The notes under the pieces were generated by a model. That model was not told the origin of the DNA, ran no database searches, and was given only the letters and a program-made list of their open reading frames with translations. Below are positions 20,305 to 31,507 of a stretch of 64,000 nucleotides of DNA, one piece after another. The first letter of the stretch is position 1, and each line of letters begins with the position of its first letter. A program made the position numbers and the translations under genes. Source of the stretch: an uncultured Planctomycetia bacterium (GTDB taxonomy: Bacteria > Omnitrophota > Gorgyraeia > Gorgyraeales > Gorgyraeaceae); the NCBI GenBank assembly GCA_964652265.1, contig CAZZAL010000001.1:37783-101782 (forward strand), read 5' to 3'.

Positions 20305-21147
20305 TCACTCACCCACTATTTTACTTCTTCTGTGTTTAACAATATAACGATCTGATGATTTCGTCTTTCTTGTCTTCAATCCCTTTGACTTCTTTCCCTG
20401 CGGCGAACAAGGATGCCTTCCACCGGAAGACTTGCCTTCTCCTCCACCCATGGGATGGTCAACAGGATTCATTACAACGCCCCTTACCCTTGGCATGCGA
20501 CCCATCCACCTTGAACGGCCGGCCTTGCCAATAGAGATCGTGTTATGCTCGATGTTTCCAATTTGTCCTATTGTTGCCATGCAATCTAGATGCACTAGTC
20601 TGACTTCGCCTGAAGGAAGCTTGATATGAGCATATGGCTCTTCCTTTGCCAGTATCTGGGCATAGCCCCCTGCGCTTCTTACGATCTTGCCACCTCTGCC
20701 CTTGGAAAGTTCCAGATTATGCACAGGTGTCCCTGCTGGCACGTTTCTAAGCGGCATTGAGTTTCCTGTCTTGATCTCAGCTTCGGTCCTACTTGAAATT
20801 ATGACATCGCCTACAGCAAGTCCTGCAGGCCAAAGGATATACCTTCTTTCTTTATCATCGTACTCCAAGAGAGCGATCCTTGAAGAACGATTAGGATCAT
20901 ATTCAATACTCAGGACCTTTGCCGGGGAGTCCACCTTATCCCTTTTAAAATCTATTATCCTGTATTTCTTCTTATGACCGCCTCCCCTGAACCTAGATGT
21001 GATGCGACCCTGTGAGTTTCTGCCGCCAGTCCTTTTTAACGGCTCTGTAAGAGACTTCTCTGGACGGTCTTTTGTGATCTCTTTAAAATCAGAGAGCACT
21101 GTCCATCTGAGACTAGGAGTTCGCGGTTTATACTGTTTTATACCCAT
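20305..21147 (-). CDS. rplB: 50S ribosomal protein uL2
   Basis: [24 protein letters not shown]. Confidence 0.98.
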   Translation of the reverse strand: MGIKQYKPRTPSLRWTVLSDFKEITKDRPEKSLTEPLKRTGGRNSQGRITSRFRGGGHKKKYRIIDFKRDKVDSPAKVLSIEYDPNRSSRIALLEYDDKERRYILWPAGLAVGDVIISSRTEAEIKTGNSMPLRNVPAGTPVHNLELSKGRGGKIVRSAGGYAQILAKEEPYAHIKLPSGEVRLVHLDCMATIGQIGNIEHNTISIGKAGRSRWMGRMPRVRGVVMNPVDHPMGGGEGKSSGGRHPCSPQGKKSKGLKTRKTKSSDRYIVKHRRSKIVGE

Positions 21148-21158
21148 CTTAATTACCC

Positions 21159-21443
21159 TTAAGTAGTTGCAACGTCTATCCTGTCGCCCTGTTTAAGCGT
21201 CACGATTGCCTTTTTCCAATCCGGGGTCTTGCCTTCCTTGTATCTTAATCTTTTCCACTTGCCCTGCACCTTTATAGTGTTGACCTTTACTACCTTGACG
21301 TTGTACACATCTTCCACGGCCTGCTTTATCTGGACCTTGTTCGAGTCCACCGAAACATTAAAAAGATATTTATTCTCGGCCAGCATGCCAGAGCCTTTTT
21401 CTGTCCTTAATATATTTTTTAATACATCGTATGATGTCTTCAT
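21159..21443 (-). CDS. rplW: 50S ribosomal protein uL23
   Basis: TEK, IKQAVE, KKAIVTL. Confidence 0.97.
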   Translation of the reverse strand: MKTSYDVLKNILRTEKGSGMLAENKYLFNVSVDSNKVQIKQAVEDVYNVKVVKVNTIKVQGKWKRLRYKEGKTPDWKKAIVTLKQGDRIDVATT

Positions 21444-22126
21444 TTTTTAAATCTCTTAACGATAGCGTTGTGCGTCTCCCTTGAAAAAAGTATCCTTGAA
21501 TTCAAAAGCACGTCATGTGCGTTAAAATCATCGCTTGATCTCAAGGTCAATTTTTTGATGTTCCTGCAAGAGCGTACCAGATTCTGGTCTGGCTTAGAGC
21601 AAAGAAGAAGATTTCTCCGCTCAGAGATCTTAAGGGCTGTCAGTATCTTCGCTATGTCCTTTGTCTTTGGTTGTTTGAGCACAGGGTCTCCCTCCAGCAC
21701 CATTATCTCCTTATCCCTTGTCTTTGCGCTAAGGCTTGATGTGATAGCTGTCTTTTTTGCGCGTTTCGGGATAGTAAAGCTAAAATCCCTTGGATGCGGT
21801 CCGAAGACAACGCCTCCGGCCCTCCACAAAGGAGACCTTATTGAGCCGACCCTTGCCCTGCCAGTACCTTTCTGCCTCCACGGCTTTTTCCCTCCGCCGC
21901 GCACATCTGCCCTCGTCTTAGTGGAGGCATTGCCCTGCCTGAGGTTTGCCATGTACATCAAGCTAATCTCATGCAGAAGCCCTTTGCGTACTTTAGTATT
22001 AAAGACAACCGGGTCCAGCTTAAACTTGTCCACCTTTTTCCCTGAAAGGCTATAGACGTCGACCACTGGTATATTGTCTTTTTTCTCTGTATGTTTTTTT
22101 ACTATCTTCTTTTTTGCTGTAGTCAT
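21440..22126 (-). CDS. rplD: 50S ribosomal protein uL4
   Basis: GGGKKPWRQKGTGRAR, GGVVFGP; likely start ATG 22126, just after the rplC stop. Confidence 0.95.
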   Translation of the reverse strand: MTTAKKKIVKKHTEKKDNIPVVDVYSLSGKKVDKFKLDPVVFNTKVRKGLLHEISLMYMANLRQGNASTKTRADVRGGGKKPWRQKGTGRARVGSIRSPLWRAGGVVFGPHPRDFSFTIPKRAKKTAITSSLSAKTRDKEIMVLEGDPVLKQPKTKDIAKILTALKISERRNLLLCSKPDQNLVRSCRNIKKLTLRSSDDFNAHDVLLNSRILFSRETHNAIVKRFKK

Positions 22127-22127
22127 A

Positions 22128-22817
22128 TTATTTCTTTTCTGATTTGGCGGCCTGAGCATTTGAAGGTTTTTCCTCTTTGGCGCCTTGTTCTTTTTGCCTT
22201 ATAACAGGCTTCTTTTTTGCTATCTTTATCTCCAAGTAACTATTGTCTGCCCCAGGCACAGGTCCTTTTACCAACATCATGTTTTTTTCCTTGTATATCT
22301 TTATTACCTCGAGATTTTGGACTGTCTTTCTTTTATTACCCATGCGACCAGGTAAGTGCAGGCCTTTCCAGACCCTGGAAGGATAACTTGATCCTCCTAT
22401 AGAGCCTACTCTACGATGATGCATGCCTCCGTGGCTCTTAGGTCCTCCTGCCCAGCCCCATCTTTTTACGCCTCCCTGAAACCCCTTACCCTTTGATGTG
22501 CCAGATATATCAACAAAATCCTTTTCCCTGAAAATATCTACTGTTATCTTTCCTCCGACATTGACATTGTCTCCAGTGTCAAAGGCTAGCTCTTTTACGA
22601 CTGCACATGGGCTTGTGCTTGCCTTCTTATAAAGCCCCATCTCTTGCATGCTTGTATTCTTTTCCTTTTTACTTCCAAAACCGAGCAAGACCTTGCCTTC
22701 GTCTACCTTTAATATAGTACATGGGCCTACCTCTATTACAGTCACAGGCACAAAAGTCCCGTCCTCTGTAAAGATCTGAGTCATACCTAATTTCCTGCCC
22801 AATAAGCCTATCTTCAT
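22128..22817 (-). CDS. rplC: 50S ribosomal protein uL3
   Basis: GRKLGMTQIF, SKGKGFQG, TVQNL, KGPVPG. Confidence 0.98.
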   Translation of the reverse strand: MKIGLLGRKLGMTQIFTEDGTFVPVTVIEVGPCTILKVDEGKVLLGFGSKKEKNTSMQEMGLYKKASTSPCAVVKELAFDTGDNVNVGGKITVDIFREKDFVDISGTSKGKGFQGGVKRWGWAGGPKSHGGMHHRRVGSIGGSSYPSRVWKGLHLPGRMGNKRKTVQNLEVIKIYKEKNMMLVKGPVPGADNSYLEIKIAKKKPVIRQKEQGAKEEKPSNAQAAKSEKK

Positions 22818-22834
22818 ATGCTTTCTTCCCTTTT

Positions 22835-22871
22835 AACTTGAGGCTTCCGGCAATACGGGAATCCTCGAGTC
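22835..22871 (-). other. Intergenic stem-loop between rpsJ and rplC
   Basis: Minus strand GACTCGAGG-ATTCC...GGAA-G-CCTCAAGTT, an imperfect hairpin just upstream of the rplC SD. Confidence 0.5.
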
Positions 22872-22875
22872 AGGA

Positions 22876-23187
22876 TTATTTTATCTCAACGAACACGCCA
22901 GCTGGCAAATCCAGCTTTCGCAGGGCATCGATCGTCTTAGCAGTCGGGCTGATAATATCTATCAATCTCTTGTGCGTCTTCATCTGAAACTGCTCCCTGG
23001 ATTTTTTGTCTACATGAGGGCCTCTGAGCACTGTAAAGATCTCCCTCTTCGTAGGTAAAGGTACAGGGCCTGAGACTGTTGCGCCTGTGCGCTTCGCTGT
23101 ATCCACTATCTCTATAGCAGATTGATCCAGGAGTTTAAAATCATACCCTTGTAATTTTATACGGATCTTCTGAGCCTGCTGTGGCAT
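22876..23187 (-). CDS. rpsJ: 30S ribosomal protein uS10
   Basis: [26 protein letters not shown]. Confidence 0.98.
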   Translation of the reverse strand: MPQQAQKIRIKLQGYDFKLLDQSAIEIVDTAKRTGATVSGPVPLPTKREIFTVLRGPHVDKKSREQFQMKTHKRLIDIISPTAKTIDALRKLDLPAGVFVEIK

Positions 23188-24415
23188 CTCTACTCCATTT
23201 AGGCGATTACTTCAGATACAACGCCTGCACCTACTGTATGTCCGCCTTCGCGTATTGCAAACCTTAGTTCTTTTTCCATTGCGATAGGGGTTATTAGTTC
23301 GACTTCCATCTCTACGTTATCACCAGGCATTACCATCTCTGTACCGGCAGGTAATGTTGCTACTCCTGTGACATCAGTCGTCCTGAAGTAAAACTGTGGA
23401 CGATATCCCTTGAAGAACGGTGTGTGGCGGCCGCCTTCTTCTTTTGTCAATACGTATACTTTTGCTTTGAATTTTGTGTGGGGTGTGATTGAACCTGGTT
23501 TTGCCAGGACGTGTCCTCGCTCGAGGTCCTTTTTTTCAATGCCTCGTAGGAGTACTCCTACGTTGTCGCCGGCGCGGCCTTCATCCAGGAGCTTCCTGAA
23601 CATCTCAACGCCTGTTACGACTGTCTTTTTGGCCTTTTCCATCAAGCCTACTATCTCTACTTCTTCGCCTACTTTTATTATGCCTCGTTCTATTCTTCCT
23701 GTGCCTACTGTGCCTCGGCCGGTGATCGAGAATACATCTTCTACTGCCATCAAGAAGGGTTTTTCAATGTCTCTTTTTGGCTCTGGGATGTAAGAATCGA
23801 CCTGCTTCATCAACTCAAAGATAGGGCTGCAGGCCTTACAATCATCTTTTCCGCAGCCGCAGTTCATTGCATTAAGGGCAGATCCTTTTACAATAGGGAT
23901 CTTGTCTCCTGGGAATTCATATTTTGTTAAGAGATCTCTTACTTCCAGGTCAACCAGATCTAAGAGTTCTGCATCATCTACTGCATCGCATTTATTTAAG
24001 AATACTACTATGGCTGGAACGCCTACCTGGCGGGCTAAGAGGATGTGTTCACGGGTCTGCGGCATTGGGCCGTCTACAGCTGATACAACGAGTATCGCAC
24101 CATCCATCTGTGCAGAACCTGTTATCATGTTCTTGATATAGTCTGCGTGGCCTGGGCAATCTACGTGGGCGTAGTGGCGTGCCTCTGTTGTATATTCTGC
24201 GTGGTGGACGTTTATGGTCACGCCTCGCTCTTTTTCCTCGGGGGCGTTATCGATCTCATCAAAGGCCTTTGCCTGGGCTAAGCCCTTTGTTGCCAAGCAC
24301 TTTGTGATGCTTGATGTGAGTGTGGTCTTGCCATGGTCCACGTGTCCTATTGTGCCTATGTTTACGTGAGGTTTAGTGCGTTGGAATTTTTCCTTTGCCA
24401 TTTTACCCTCCTGGG
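23183..24415. repeat. ~1.23-kb direct repeat, copy 1 (tuf plus flanks)
   Basis: Near-identical to 38670-39902 at an offset of 15487 nt. Confidence 0.97.
23199..24401 (-). CDS. tuf: Elongation factor Tu (str-operon copy)
   Basis: [26 protein letters not shown]; follows fusA. Confidence 0.99.
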   Translation of the reverse strand: MAKEKFQRTKPHVNIGTIGHVDHGKTTLTSSITKCLATKGLAQAKAFDEIDNAPEEKERGVTINVHHAEYTTEARHYAHVDCPGHADYIKNMITGSAQMDGAILVVSAVDGPMPQTREHILLARQVGVPAIVVFLNKCDAVDDAELLDLVDLEVRDLLTKYEFPGDKIPIVKGSALNAMNCGCGKDDCKACSPIFELMKQVDSYIPEPKRDIEKPFLMAVEDVFSITGRGTVGTGRIERGIIKVGEEVEIVGLMEKAKKTVVTGVEMFRKLLDEGRAGDNVGVLLRGIEKKDLERGHVLAKPGSITPHTKFKAKVYVLTKEEGGRHTPFFKGYRPQFYFRTTDVTGVATLPAGTEMVMPGDNVEMEVELITPIAMEKELRFAIREGGHTVGAGVVSEVIA

Positions 24416-26524
24416 TTATCTTTTTATTATCTTATCTACTATATTTAAAGGTACTTCCGCATAATGCGAAGGCTCCATTGTATATGAAGCCCGTCCCTGT
24501 GTCAAGCTTCTTATCGCTGTTGCATAGCCAAACATCTCTGCAAGCGGAGCATCACACTTCACAGCCTTTGCATTGCCTCTTTGCGATATGTCATGGATCT
24601 TGCATCGCCTGGAATTTAGATCTCCTATGACATCTCCCATGTATTGCTCAGGGAAAATAACCTCAAGCGCCATAATAGGTTCCATCAGCCTGCAACGCGC
24701 TTTTCTTAAACCCTCAGTAAAGGCAATCGACCCTGCCATCTTAAATGCCAATTCAGAAGAATCTACCTCATGAAAAGAACCGTCTATCAGCATGACCTCT
24801 GTGTCTATGACAGGATATCCTGCCAACACACCTGTCTTTGAAGTCTCATGGATCCCCTTCTTTACAGCAGGTATATACTCCCTTGGTATAGCACCGCCAA
24901 TGATCTTATTTTTAAACTCAATACCTGTGCCTGGTTCGCCTGGTTTCAGGATAATAACTGCGTGTCCGTATTGACCGTGACCGCCTGTCTGCTGTATGAA
25001 TTTACCAACAGCCCTTGTTTCCTGAGTAGGTCTCTCTTTGTAAGCGACCTGCGGAGTGCCGGTCCTTGTCCCTACCTTAAATTCGCGAGATAACCTGTCA
25101 GTGATTATCTCGAGATGAAGCTCTCCCATGCCAGATATGAGCGTCTGCCCTGTCTCTGTATTATACTTTACCTTAAAAGTAGGGTCCTCTTCCTGTAATT
25201 TATTCAATGCTAGACCGAGCTTATCCTGGTCGACCTTTGTTGCTGGCTCGATCGCCATAGACACGACTGGCTCTGGAAAATGTATCTTCTCCAGGATTAT
25301 AGGATAATCCTCTGCGCACAGCGTATCGCCTGTCTGCGCGTTCTTGAGCCCTACCACCCCTACTATATCACCCGCGCCTGCCTCTTCTACGATCTCCTGC
25401 TTGTTGGCATGCATGCGGACAATCTTGCTCAGTCGATCTCTCTGGCTGCGGCTAATATTGTATACGTATGAACTCTTTTTTACTGTTCCTGAATATATCC
25501 TTATATAAGTCAAGCGGCCTACGTAAGGGTCTGTGGCAATCTTAAAGCAAAGCGCGGAAAATGGTTCATCATCATCTGTCTTCCTGAATATCTCCTCGTC
25601 TGAATCAGGCTCAATACCTTTTACGGGAAGTATATCCAGAGGTGACGGTAAATATTCGCACACCGCGTCAAGTAACATCTGTACGCCCTTGTTCTTAAAT
25701 GCTGCACCGCAAAATATCGGTACAAACATATCCTTTAGGACTGCCTTACGCAGTGCGGAGCGTATCTCAGGTTCGCTTATGTCTTCGTCGTGCACATATT
25801 TGTCCATTAGCTGCGCATCATGCTCTGCTAATTTTTCAATAAGGTCATGCCTGAAAAGCTTTGCCTCTTCTATTATTTCCTCGGGTATCGGCGCTTCTTT
25901 AAAATTGTCGTCTATCTTGTCCTCTTCGAAAAAACGCGCCTTCATCTCCACCAAATCGATTATGCCTTTAAAATCCGCCTCGCTTCCGATCGGAAGCTGC
26001 ACTGGAAAAGCACTCGCTCCAAGCTTTTCTTCCATATCCTTTACGACATTTAGAAAATTCGCGCCCACGCGGTCCATCTTGTTTACAAACGCTATCCTTG
26101 GTACCTTGTACCTCTCTGCCTGGCGCCATACTGTCTCTGACTGCGGCTGTACCCCGCCAACGCCACAAAATACTACGACTGCCCCATCGAGAACCTTTAA
26201 AGACCTCTCGACCTCTGCTGTAAAATCCACGTGGCCTGGTGTATCGATGATGTTGATCCTGCAGTCGCGCCAGTTACAGCTCGTTGCCGCTGCTGTAATA
26301 GTGATGCCGCGCTCCTGCTCCTGGGCCATCCAATCCATCGTAGCAGTGCCTTCGTGGACCTCGCCGAGCTTATAGAGCTTGCCTGTGTAATATAGCATGC
26401 GCTCTGTCGTGGTAGTCTTTCCAGCATCTATATGAGCAATAATCCCGATGTTCCTTAATTTTTGTAAGGGTATCTCTCTTATCATACGCCTCTTATTTGC
26501 CTTCTCTCGCGTTGCTACTGCCAT
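24416..26524 (-). CDS. fusA: Elongation factor G
   Basis: [29 protein letters not shown]. Confidence 0.98.
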   Translation of the reverse strand: MAVATREKANKRRMIREIPLQKLRNIGIIAHIDAGKTTTTERMLYYTGKLYKLGEVHEGTATMDWMAQEQERGITITAAATSCNWRDCRINIIDTPGHVDFTAEVERSLKVLDGAVVVFCGVGGVQPQSETVWRQAERYKVPRIAFVNKMDRVGANFLNVVKDMEEKLGASAFPVQLPIGSEADFKGIIDLVEMKARFFEEDKIDDNFKEAPIPEEIIEEAKLFRHDLIEKLAEHDAQLMDKYVHDEDISEPEIRSALRKAVLKDMFVPIFCGAAFKNKGVQMLLDAVCEYLPSPLDILPVKGIEPDSDEEIFRKTDDDEPFSALCFKIATDPYVGRLTYIRIYSGTVKKSSYVYNISRSQRDRLSKIVRMHANKQEIVEEAGAGDIVGVVGLKNAQTGDTLCAEDYPIILEKIHFPEPVVSMAIEPATKVDQDKLGLALNKLQEEDPTFKVKYNTETGQTLISGMGELHLEIITDRLSREFKVGTRTGTPQVAYKERPTQETRAVGKFIQQTGGHGQYGHAVIILKPGEPGTGIEFKNKIIGGAIPREYIPAVKKGIHETSKTGVLAGYPVIDTEVMLIDGSFHEVDSSELAFKMAGSIAFTEGLRKARCRLMEPIMALEVIFPEQYMGDVIGDLNSRRCKIHDISQRGNAKAVKCDAPLAEMFGYATAIRSLTQGRASYTMEPSHYAEVPLNIVDKIIKR

Positions 26525-26553
26525 TGCTTGATCTCATTCCTTTCATACCAATC

Positions 26554-27024
26554 CTACCATCTGTAATGCGCAAAGGCCTTGTTGGCCTCTGCCATTCTGT
26601 GCATATCTTCTCGTTTCTTAACTGCAGAACCCTGGTTTTTATACGCTTCGATTATCTCGTTCGCAAGTTTCTCATTCATGGCCTTGCCTTTTTTCTGTCT
26701 TGCGAAATCCCGCAGCCACCTCATCGCAATAGAGACGCCCCTGTCGCTTTTTACCTCGATAGGCACCTGATAGGTCGCACCCCCTACCCTCCTCGGCTTG
26801 ATCTCCAGAAGAGGCCTGGAGTTATCTATTGCCTTCTGCAATACCTCCAAGGCATTCTCATTACCTGTTTTTTTAGTTACCTCGTCAAGTGCGCTATACA
26901 TTATACTCTCTGCAATAGAGCGCTTTCCGTCTATCATCACCACATTGATGAACCTTGATATAAGTTTACTGTTAAATTTTGGATCAGGTAATACGTCTCG
27001 TCCTTCTGCTCGTCTCCTTCGCAT
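26554..27024 (-). CDS. rpsG: 30S ribosomal protein uS7
   Basis: [24 protein letters not shown]. Confidence 0.98.
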   Translation of the reverse strand: MRRRRAEGRDVLPDPKFNSKLISRFINVVMIDGKRSIAESIMYSALDEVTKKTGNENALEVLQKAIDNSRPLLEIKPRRVGGATYQVPIEVKSDRGVSIAMRWLRDFARQKKGKAMNEKLANEIIEAYKNQGSAVKKREDMHRMAEANKAFAHYRW

Positions 27025-27040
27025 CGATCTCTCCTCTTAC

Positions 27041-27066
27041 TTGTCAAAGATTTAAGCCTTTGACAA
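27041..27066 (-). other. Stem-loop in the rpsL-rpsG spacer
   Basis: Perfect inverted repeat TTGTCAAAG...CTTTGACAA with an 8-nt spacer. Confidence 0.7.
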
Positions 27067-27076
27067 ATGAATAAAA

Positions 27077-27451
27077 TTACGCCTTCGGGCGTTTAGAGCC
27101 ATATTTTGAACGGCTCTTTTTTCTGTTCGCTACACCTGCTGTATCAAGCGTGCCTCTTACGATATGGTATCTCACTCCAGGAAGATCCTTTACCCTGCCT
27201 CCCCTGATCAAGACTATTGAATGCTCTTGAAGGTTATGGCCCTCTCCCGGAATATAAGATGTGACCTCGATACCATTTGTCAACCTGACCCTTGCGACCT
27301 TTCTCAATGCAGAGTTAGGCTTCTTTGGCGTCTGCGTCTTTACCTGTAAACATACGCCTCGTTTCTGTGGGCAACCCTCAAGCGCTCGCGACTTTGTCTT
27401 TCTGTTCTTTTTATTCCTGCCGTATCGTATTAATTGACTTATTGAAGGCAT
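27077..27451 (-). CDS. rpsL: 30S ribosomal protein uS12
   Basis: [23 protein letters not shown]. Confidence 0.99.
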   Translation of the reverse strand: MPSISQLIRYGRNKKNRKTKSRALEGCPQKRGVCLQVKTQTPKKPNSALRKVARVRLTNGIEVTSYIPGEGHNLQEHSIVLIRGGRVKDLPGVRYHIVRGTLDTAGVANRKKSRSKYGSKRPKA

Positions 27452-27453
27452 GT

Positions 27454-30400
27454 CTATTTATCCTCTTTTTTCTTGTCTTTTTTCGGCTCCACTACCTCTT
27501 TTACCATCTCTACATCACTATGGGTCTTAAACCCTGTCCCTGCTGGAATAAGATGACCCATGATCACATTTTCCTTCAGACCCCTGAGCGGGTCTATCCT
27601 TCCGCTCGCAGCAGCCTCTGTCAAAACGCGCGTTGTCTCCTGGAAGCTCGCCGCTGAAATAAAACTCTCTGTGCCAAGTGATGCCTTTGTGATACCCAGG
27701 AGTATCGGTGTTGCACTGGCAGGCTTTTTCTTTTTCTTTGACACCCTAAGATTTTCTTCCTGAAAAATAGCCTTGTCGACCTGAATACCGGTTATAAATT
27801 CTGTATCTCCTGAATCCTCCACTCTGACCTTCTTGAGCATCTGTTTTACTATGATCTCTATATGCTTGTCGTTTATCTTGACTCCCTGCAGCCTATAGAC
27901 CTCCTGCACCTCGTTGACCAGATACTCCTGCAGCCTTTTTTCACCGCTTACCTTTAATATATCCTGAGGGTTTATAGGACCATCCACAAGCTGCTCGCCT
28001 GTTGTAACCCTGTCACCTCTATATACATTTAAATGCTTGCCGTGCGGTATGATATATTCGCGCGTCATCCCGGAAGACGCCTTTACAATGATCCTTCTCT
28101 GGCCTTTCTTTGAAGTCGCAAATTCTACGATACCATCGATCTCGCTTATCATCGCCGGGTCTTTTGGTTTACGTGCCTCAAAAAGTTCTGCCACACGCGG
28201 CAATCCTCCTGTAATATCCTTTGTCTTGCTTACCTGCCTCGGGGTCTTGGCAATGAGCTCGCCACCCTTTATTGACTCTCCATCCTGACACACGATATGT
28301 GCGCCCGCAGGTATAGGATATATCGCCACCACCTGTTTCTTGTCATTCTCGATGACTATCTGTGGATGGTATTCGCCCCTGTGCTCTATGATAACACGGC
28401 CTGTGCGCCCCGTTGCTTCGTCCACCTCTTCTACCATCGTCACTTCTTCTATGATATCCTCGTACCTTACCTTTCCGCTGACCTCTGTCAATATAGGCGA
28501 TGTATAAGGATCCCACTTTATAAAGATGACATTTTTGTCAACCACTCCTCCGTCTTTTACAGACAATGCAGAACCTGAAGGCACTGTGTGCTTTTCAAGC
28601 TCCCTGCCGTCTTTATCGTTTATGCTTATCTGGCCATTGCGGTTTAAGACTATGTTGTCACCTGACTCCTGTTGCACTATCTTCAGGTTGTGATATCTTA
28701 CAATACCTTTTGACTTGGACTTGATAAACGATTGCTCGATGATCCTCGAGGCCGTACCGCCGATATGAAACGTTCTCATAGTAAGCTGCGTTCCTGGCTC
28801 GCCTATCGACTGCGCAGCGACAATACCTACGGCTGTGCCAAGTTCGACTATCTTTCCTGTCGCAAGGTCCCTGCCGTAACATTTCGCACACATACCATAC
28901 CTGGTCTCGCACGTAAGTGCGCTTCTTATCCTTATCTTTTCGATCCCCGCAGACTCTATTCGCTCGGCAGCTGCTTCATTTATCTCTATGCCTGCCTCTA
29001 CGATAATATCATCGGTGATAATATCAACGATATTGTCCACTGCGACCCTGCCTATGATCCTTTCTCTTAGAGGAACGACCTCTTCATCTGCCTCGATTAT
29101 TGCGCTTATAAGTATGCCGTTCAGCGTACCGCAATCTTCTTCCCTCACGATAACATCCTGGGCCACGTCAACCAGCCTCCTGGTAAGATAACCAGAATCA
29201 GCTGTCTTAAGCGCAGTATCTGCCAGGCCTTTTCTTGCGCCGTGAGTCGATATAAAATATTCCAGAACGGTCAGACCTTCTTTAAAATTGGCGGTGATCG
29301 GAGTCTCGATGATCTCTCCGGAAGGCTTTGCCATAAGGCCTCGCATCCCCGAGAGCTGCCTGATCTGCTGCTTTGAGCCTCGCGCACCGGAATTTGCCAT
29401 CATATACACAGGGTTAAACACGTCCAGTTCCTTGAACAGCATATCCGAGACCTTGTCTGTCGCGTGCGTCCATATATCAATGATTTTATTATATCTTTCG
29501 CGCTCTGTTATGATGCCTTTTCTATACTGATCCTCTACAGAGTTGACCTCTTTTTTGGAATTCGCCAGTACCTTTTTCTTTTCGCTAGGTATATGCATGT
29601 CTTCCACTGAAATAGAGATACCTGCCTGAGTCGCATATTCAAAACCAAGTTTCTTAACGTCATCTAGAAGCTTTACAGTAACGTCGTGGCCGAATTGCTT
29701 ATAGCAATCAGCAATGACTTTACTTAAGACTGACTTTTCAAGTACATTATTAACAAAGGGCATGCCCTTTGGCAAAACAGCGTTAAAAATAATCCTGCCT
29801 GCAGTCGTCTCCAGCATTTTTTTTCCGATCCTGACCTTGATCTTTGCATGAAGGACTATTTCATTATCAGAAAGTGCGAGCTCTGCCTCTCCGATGTCTG
29901 TAAATGCACGGCCTTCTCCTTTTACGCCAGGCTTTTCCTGTGTCAAGAAATAACAGCCCAATACTATATCCTGCGTAGGCGTTATAATGGGTCTTCCATC
30001 TGACGGTGAAAATATATTATTAGACGCAAGCATCAGAAGGCGTGATTCCATCTGGGCCTCCATGGACAAAGGCACATGAACCGCCATCTGGTCACCGTCA
30101 AAGTCAGCGTTGAACGCAGTACAGACTAACGGATGGATCCTGATCGCCTTGCCTTCCACAAGCACTGGCTGAAACGCCTGTATGCCGAGCCTGTGCAGGG
30201 TCGGCGCCCTATTCAAGAGCACTGGATGATCTTTTATGACATCATCAAGGATATCCCATACTTCCAACCGCGCTTTTTCCACCATACGTTTTGCGCTTTT
30301 TATTGTATGTACGAATCCTTTTTCTTTTAATTTTTTAATGATAAACGGCTCAAAAAGCTCGAGCGCCATCTTTTTCGGAAGCCCGCACTCCCATAATTTC

Positions 30401-31461
30401 AACTCAGGCCCGATGACTATAACGCTTCTGCCAGAATAATCCACACGCTTACCTAAAAGATTCTGTCTGAACCTTCCCTGCTTTCCTTTTAACATGTCAC
30501 TCAGGGATTTCAACGGTCTGCTCGCGGGGCCCAAAACAGGCCTGCCGTGCCTACCATTGTCAAAAAGTGCATCTACTGATTCCTGAAGCATGCGCTTCTC
30601 GTTCCTTACAATAATATCCGGGGCCTTGAGTTCCAAGAGCTTCTTTAACCGATTGTTGCGGTTTATTACCCTGCGATACAGGTCGTTCAAATCACTCGTG
30701 GCAAATCTGCCTCCCTCAAGGGGTACAAGCGGCCTCAGATCCGGCGGGATAACAGGTATGATATCCATTATCATCCACTCAGGCCTGTTGCCTGACTTTT
30801 TAAAGGCTTCTATTATCTTCAATCTTTTCAGGGTCTTACGCTTGGCCTGCTCGGACTTTTGTTCGTGTAAATCCATCTTCAGCTGCTTCATCATCGCGTC
30901 AGGATCTATTTCCTTTAAGAGCTCGCGTATACCTTCGGCCCCGATCATCGCCTTAAATTTAGAGCCATATTCCTCGACATGTTGCCTATATTTTTCCTCG
31001 TTTAAAAGTTCTTTTTTCTTAAGCGGTGAGTCGCCCGGATCGACAACTATATATTCCTCGTAATAGATGACCCTCTCGAGATCACGCAGTCCTATATTCA
31101 AAAGGAGTGACATGCGACTAGGCATTGCCTTAAAGAACCAGACATGTGAACACGGCGCTGCAAGGTTTATATGCGCCATCCTCTCCCGCCTGACCTTTGA
31201 TAACGTGACCTCTACTCCGCAACGGTCACAGACTATACCTTTATATTTGATACGCTTGTACTTCCCGCAGCTGCACTCCCAGTCACGGCTAGGTCCGAAT
31301 ATCTTCTCGCAAAAAAGTCCGTCTTTCTCTGGCCTGAGCGTCCTGTAATTAATAGTCTCGGGTTTTTTCACTTCACCCCTAGACCAGGACTTTATGACAT
31401 CAGCGGAAGCGATCTTTATCGATATAAAATCAAATACGTTCGTCTCTCTAGCGCCTATCAT
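27454..31461 (-). CDS. rpoC: RNA polymerase beta' subunit
   Basis: NADFDGD catalytic motif, [22 protein letters not shown]. Confidence 0.99.
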   Translation of the reverse strand: MIGARETNVFDFISIKIASADVIKSWSRGEVKKPETINYRTLRPEKDGLFCEKIFGPSRDWECSCGKYKRIKYKGIVCDRCGVEVTLSKVRRERMAHINLAAPCSHVWFFKAMPSRMSLLLNIGLRDLERVIYYEEYIVVDPGDSPLKKKELLNEEKYRQHVEEYGSKFKAMIGAEGIRELLKEIDPDAMMKQLKMDLHEQKSEQAKRKTLKRLKIIEAFKKSGNRPEWMIMDIIPVIPPDLRPLVPLEGGRFATSDLNDLYRRVINRNNRLKKLLELKAPDIIVRNEKRMLQESVDALFDNGRHGRPVLGPASRPLKSLSDMLKGKQGRFRQNLLGKRVDYSGRSVIVIGPELKLWECGLPKKMALELFEPFIIKKLKEKGFVHTIKSAKRMVEKARLEVWDILDDVIKDHPVLLNRAPTLHRLGIQAFQPVLVEGKAIRIHPLVCTAFNADFDGDQMAVHVPLSMEAQMESRLLMLASNNIFSPSDGRPIITPTQDIVLGCYFLTQEKPGVKGEGRAFTDIGEAELALSDNEIVLHAKIKVRIGKKMLETTAGRIIFNAVLPKGMPFVNNVLEKSVLSKVIADCYKQFGHDVTVKLLDDVKKLGFEYATQAGISISVEDMHIPSEKKKVLANSKKEVNSVEDQYRKGIITERERYNKIIDIWTHATDKVSDMLFKELDVFNPVYMMANSGARGSKQQIRQLSGMRGLMAKPSGEIIETPITANFKEGLTVLEYFISTHGARKGLADTALKTADSGYLTRRLVDVAQDVIVREEDCGTLNGILISAIIEADEEVVPLRERIIGRVAVDNIVDIITDDIIVEAGIEINEAAAERIESAGIEKIRIRSALTCETRYGMCAKCYGRDLATGKIVELGTAVGIVAAQSIGEPGTQLTMRTFHIGGTASRIIEQSFIKSKSKGIVRYHNLKIVQQESGDNIVLNRNGQISINDKDGRELEKHTVPSGSALSVKDGGVVDKNVIFIKWDPYTSPILTEVSGKVRYEDIIEEVTMVEEVDEATGRTGRVIIEHRGEYHPQIVIENDKKQVVAIYPIPAGAHIVCQDGESIKGGELIAKTPRQVSKTKDITGGLPRVAELFEARKPKDPAMISEIDGIVEFATSKKGQRRIIVKASSGMTREYIIPHGKHLNVYRGDRVTTGEQLVDGPINPQDILKVSGEKRLQEYLVNEVQEVYRLQGVKINDKHIEIIVKQMLKKVRVEDSGDTEFITGIQVDKAIFQEENLRVSKKKKKPASATPILLGITKASLGTESFISAASFQETTRVLTEAAASGRIDPLRGLKENVIMGHLIPAGTGFKTHSDVEMVKEVVEPKKDKKKEDK

Positions 31462-31507
31462 ATCTCTCCTTCCCTGTTCAAGGCTCGACCTTAAACAAGG
31501 TATAGTA

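Noticed and set aside
27041-27066. TTGACA on both strands of the rpsL-rpsG palindrome as promoter -35 boxes
   Set aside because: No convincing -10 hexamer at the right spacing on the coding strand; better explained as an RNA hairpin.
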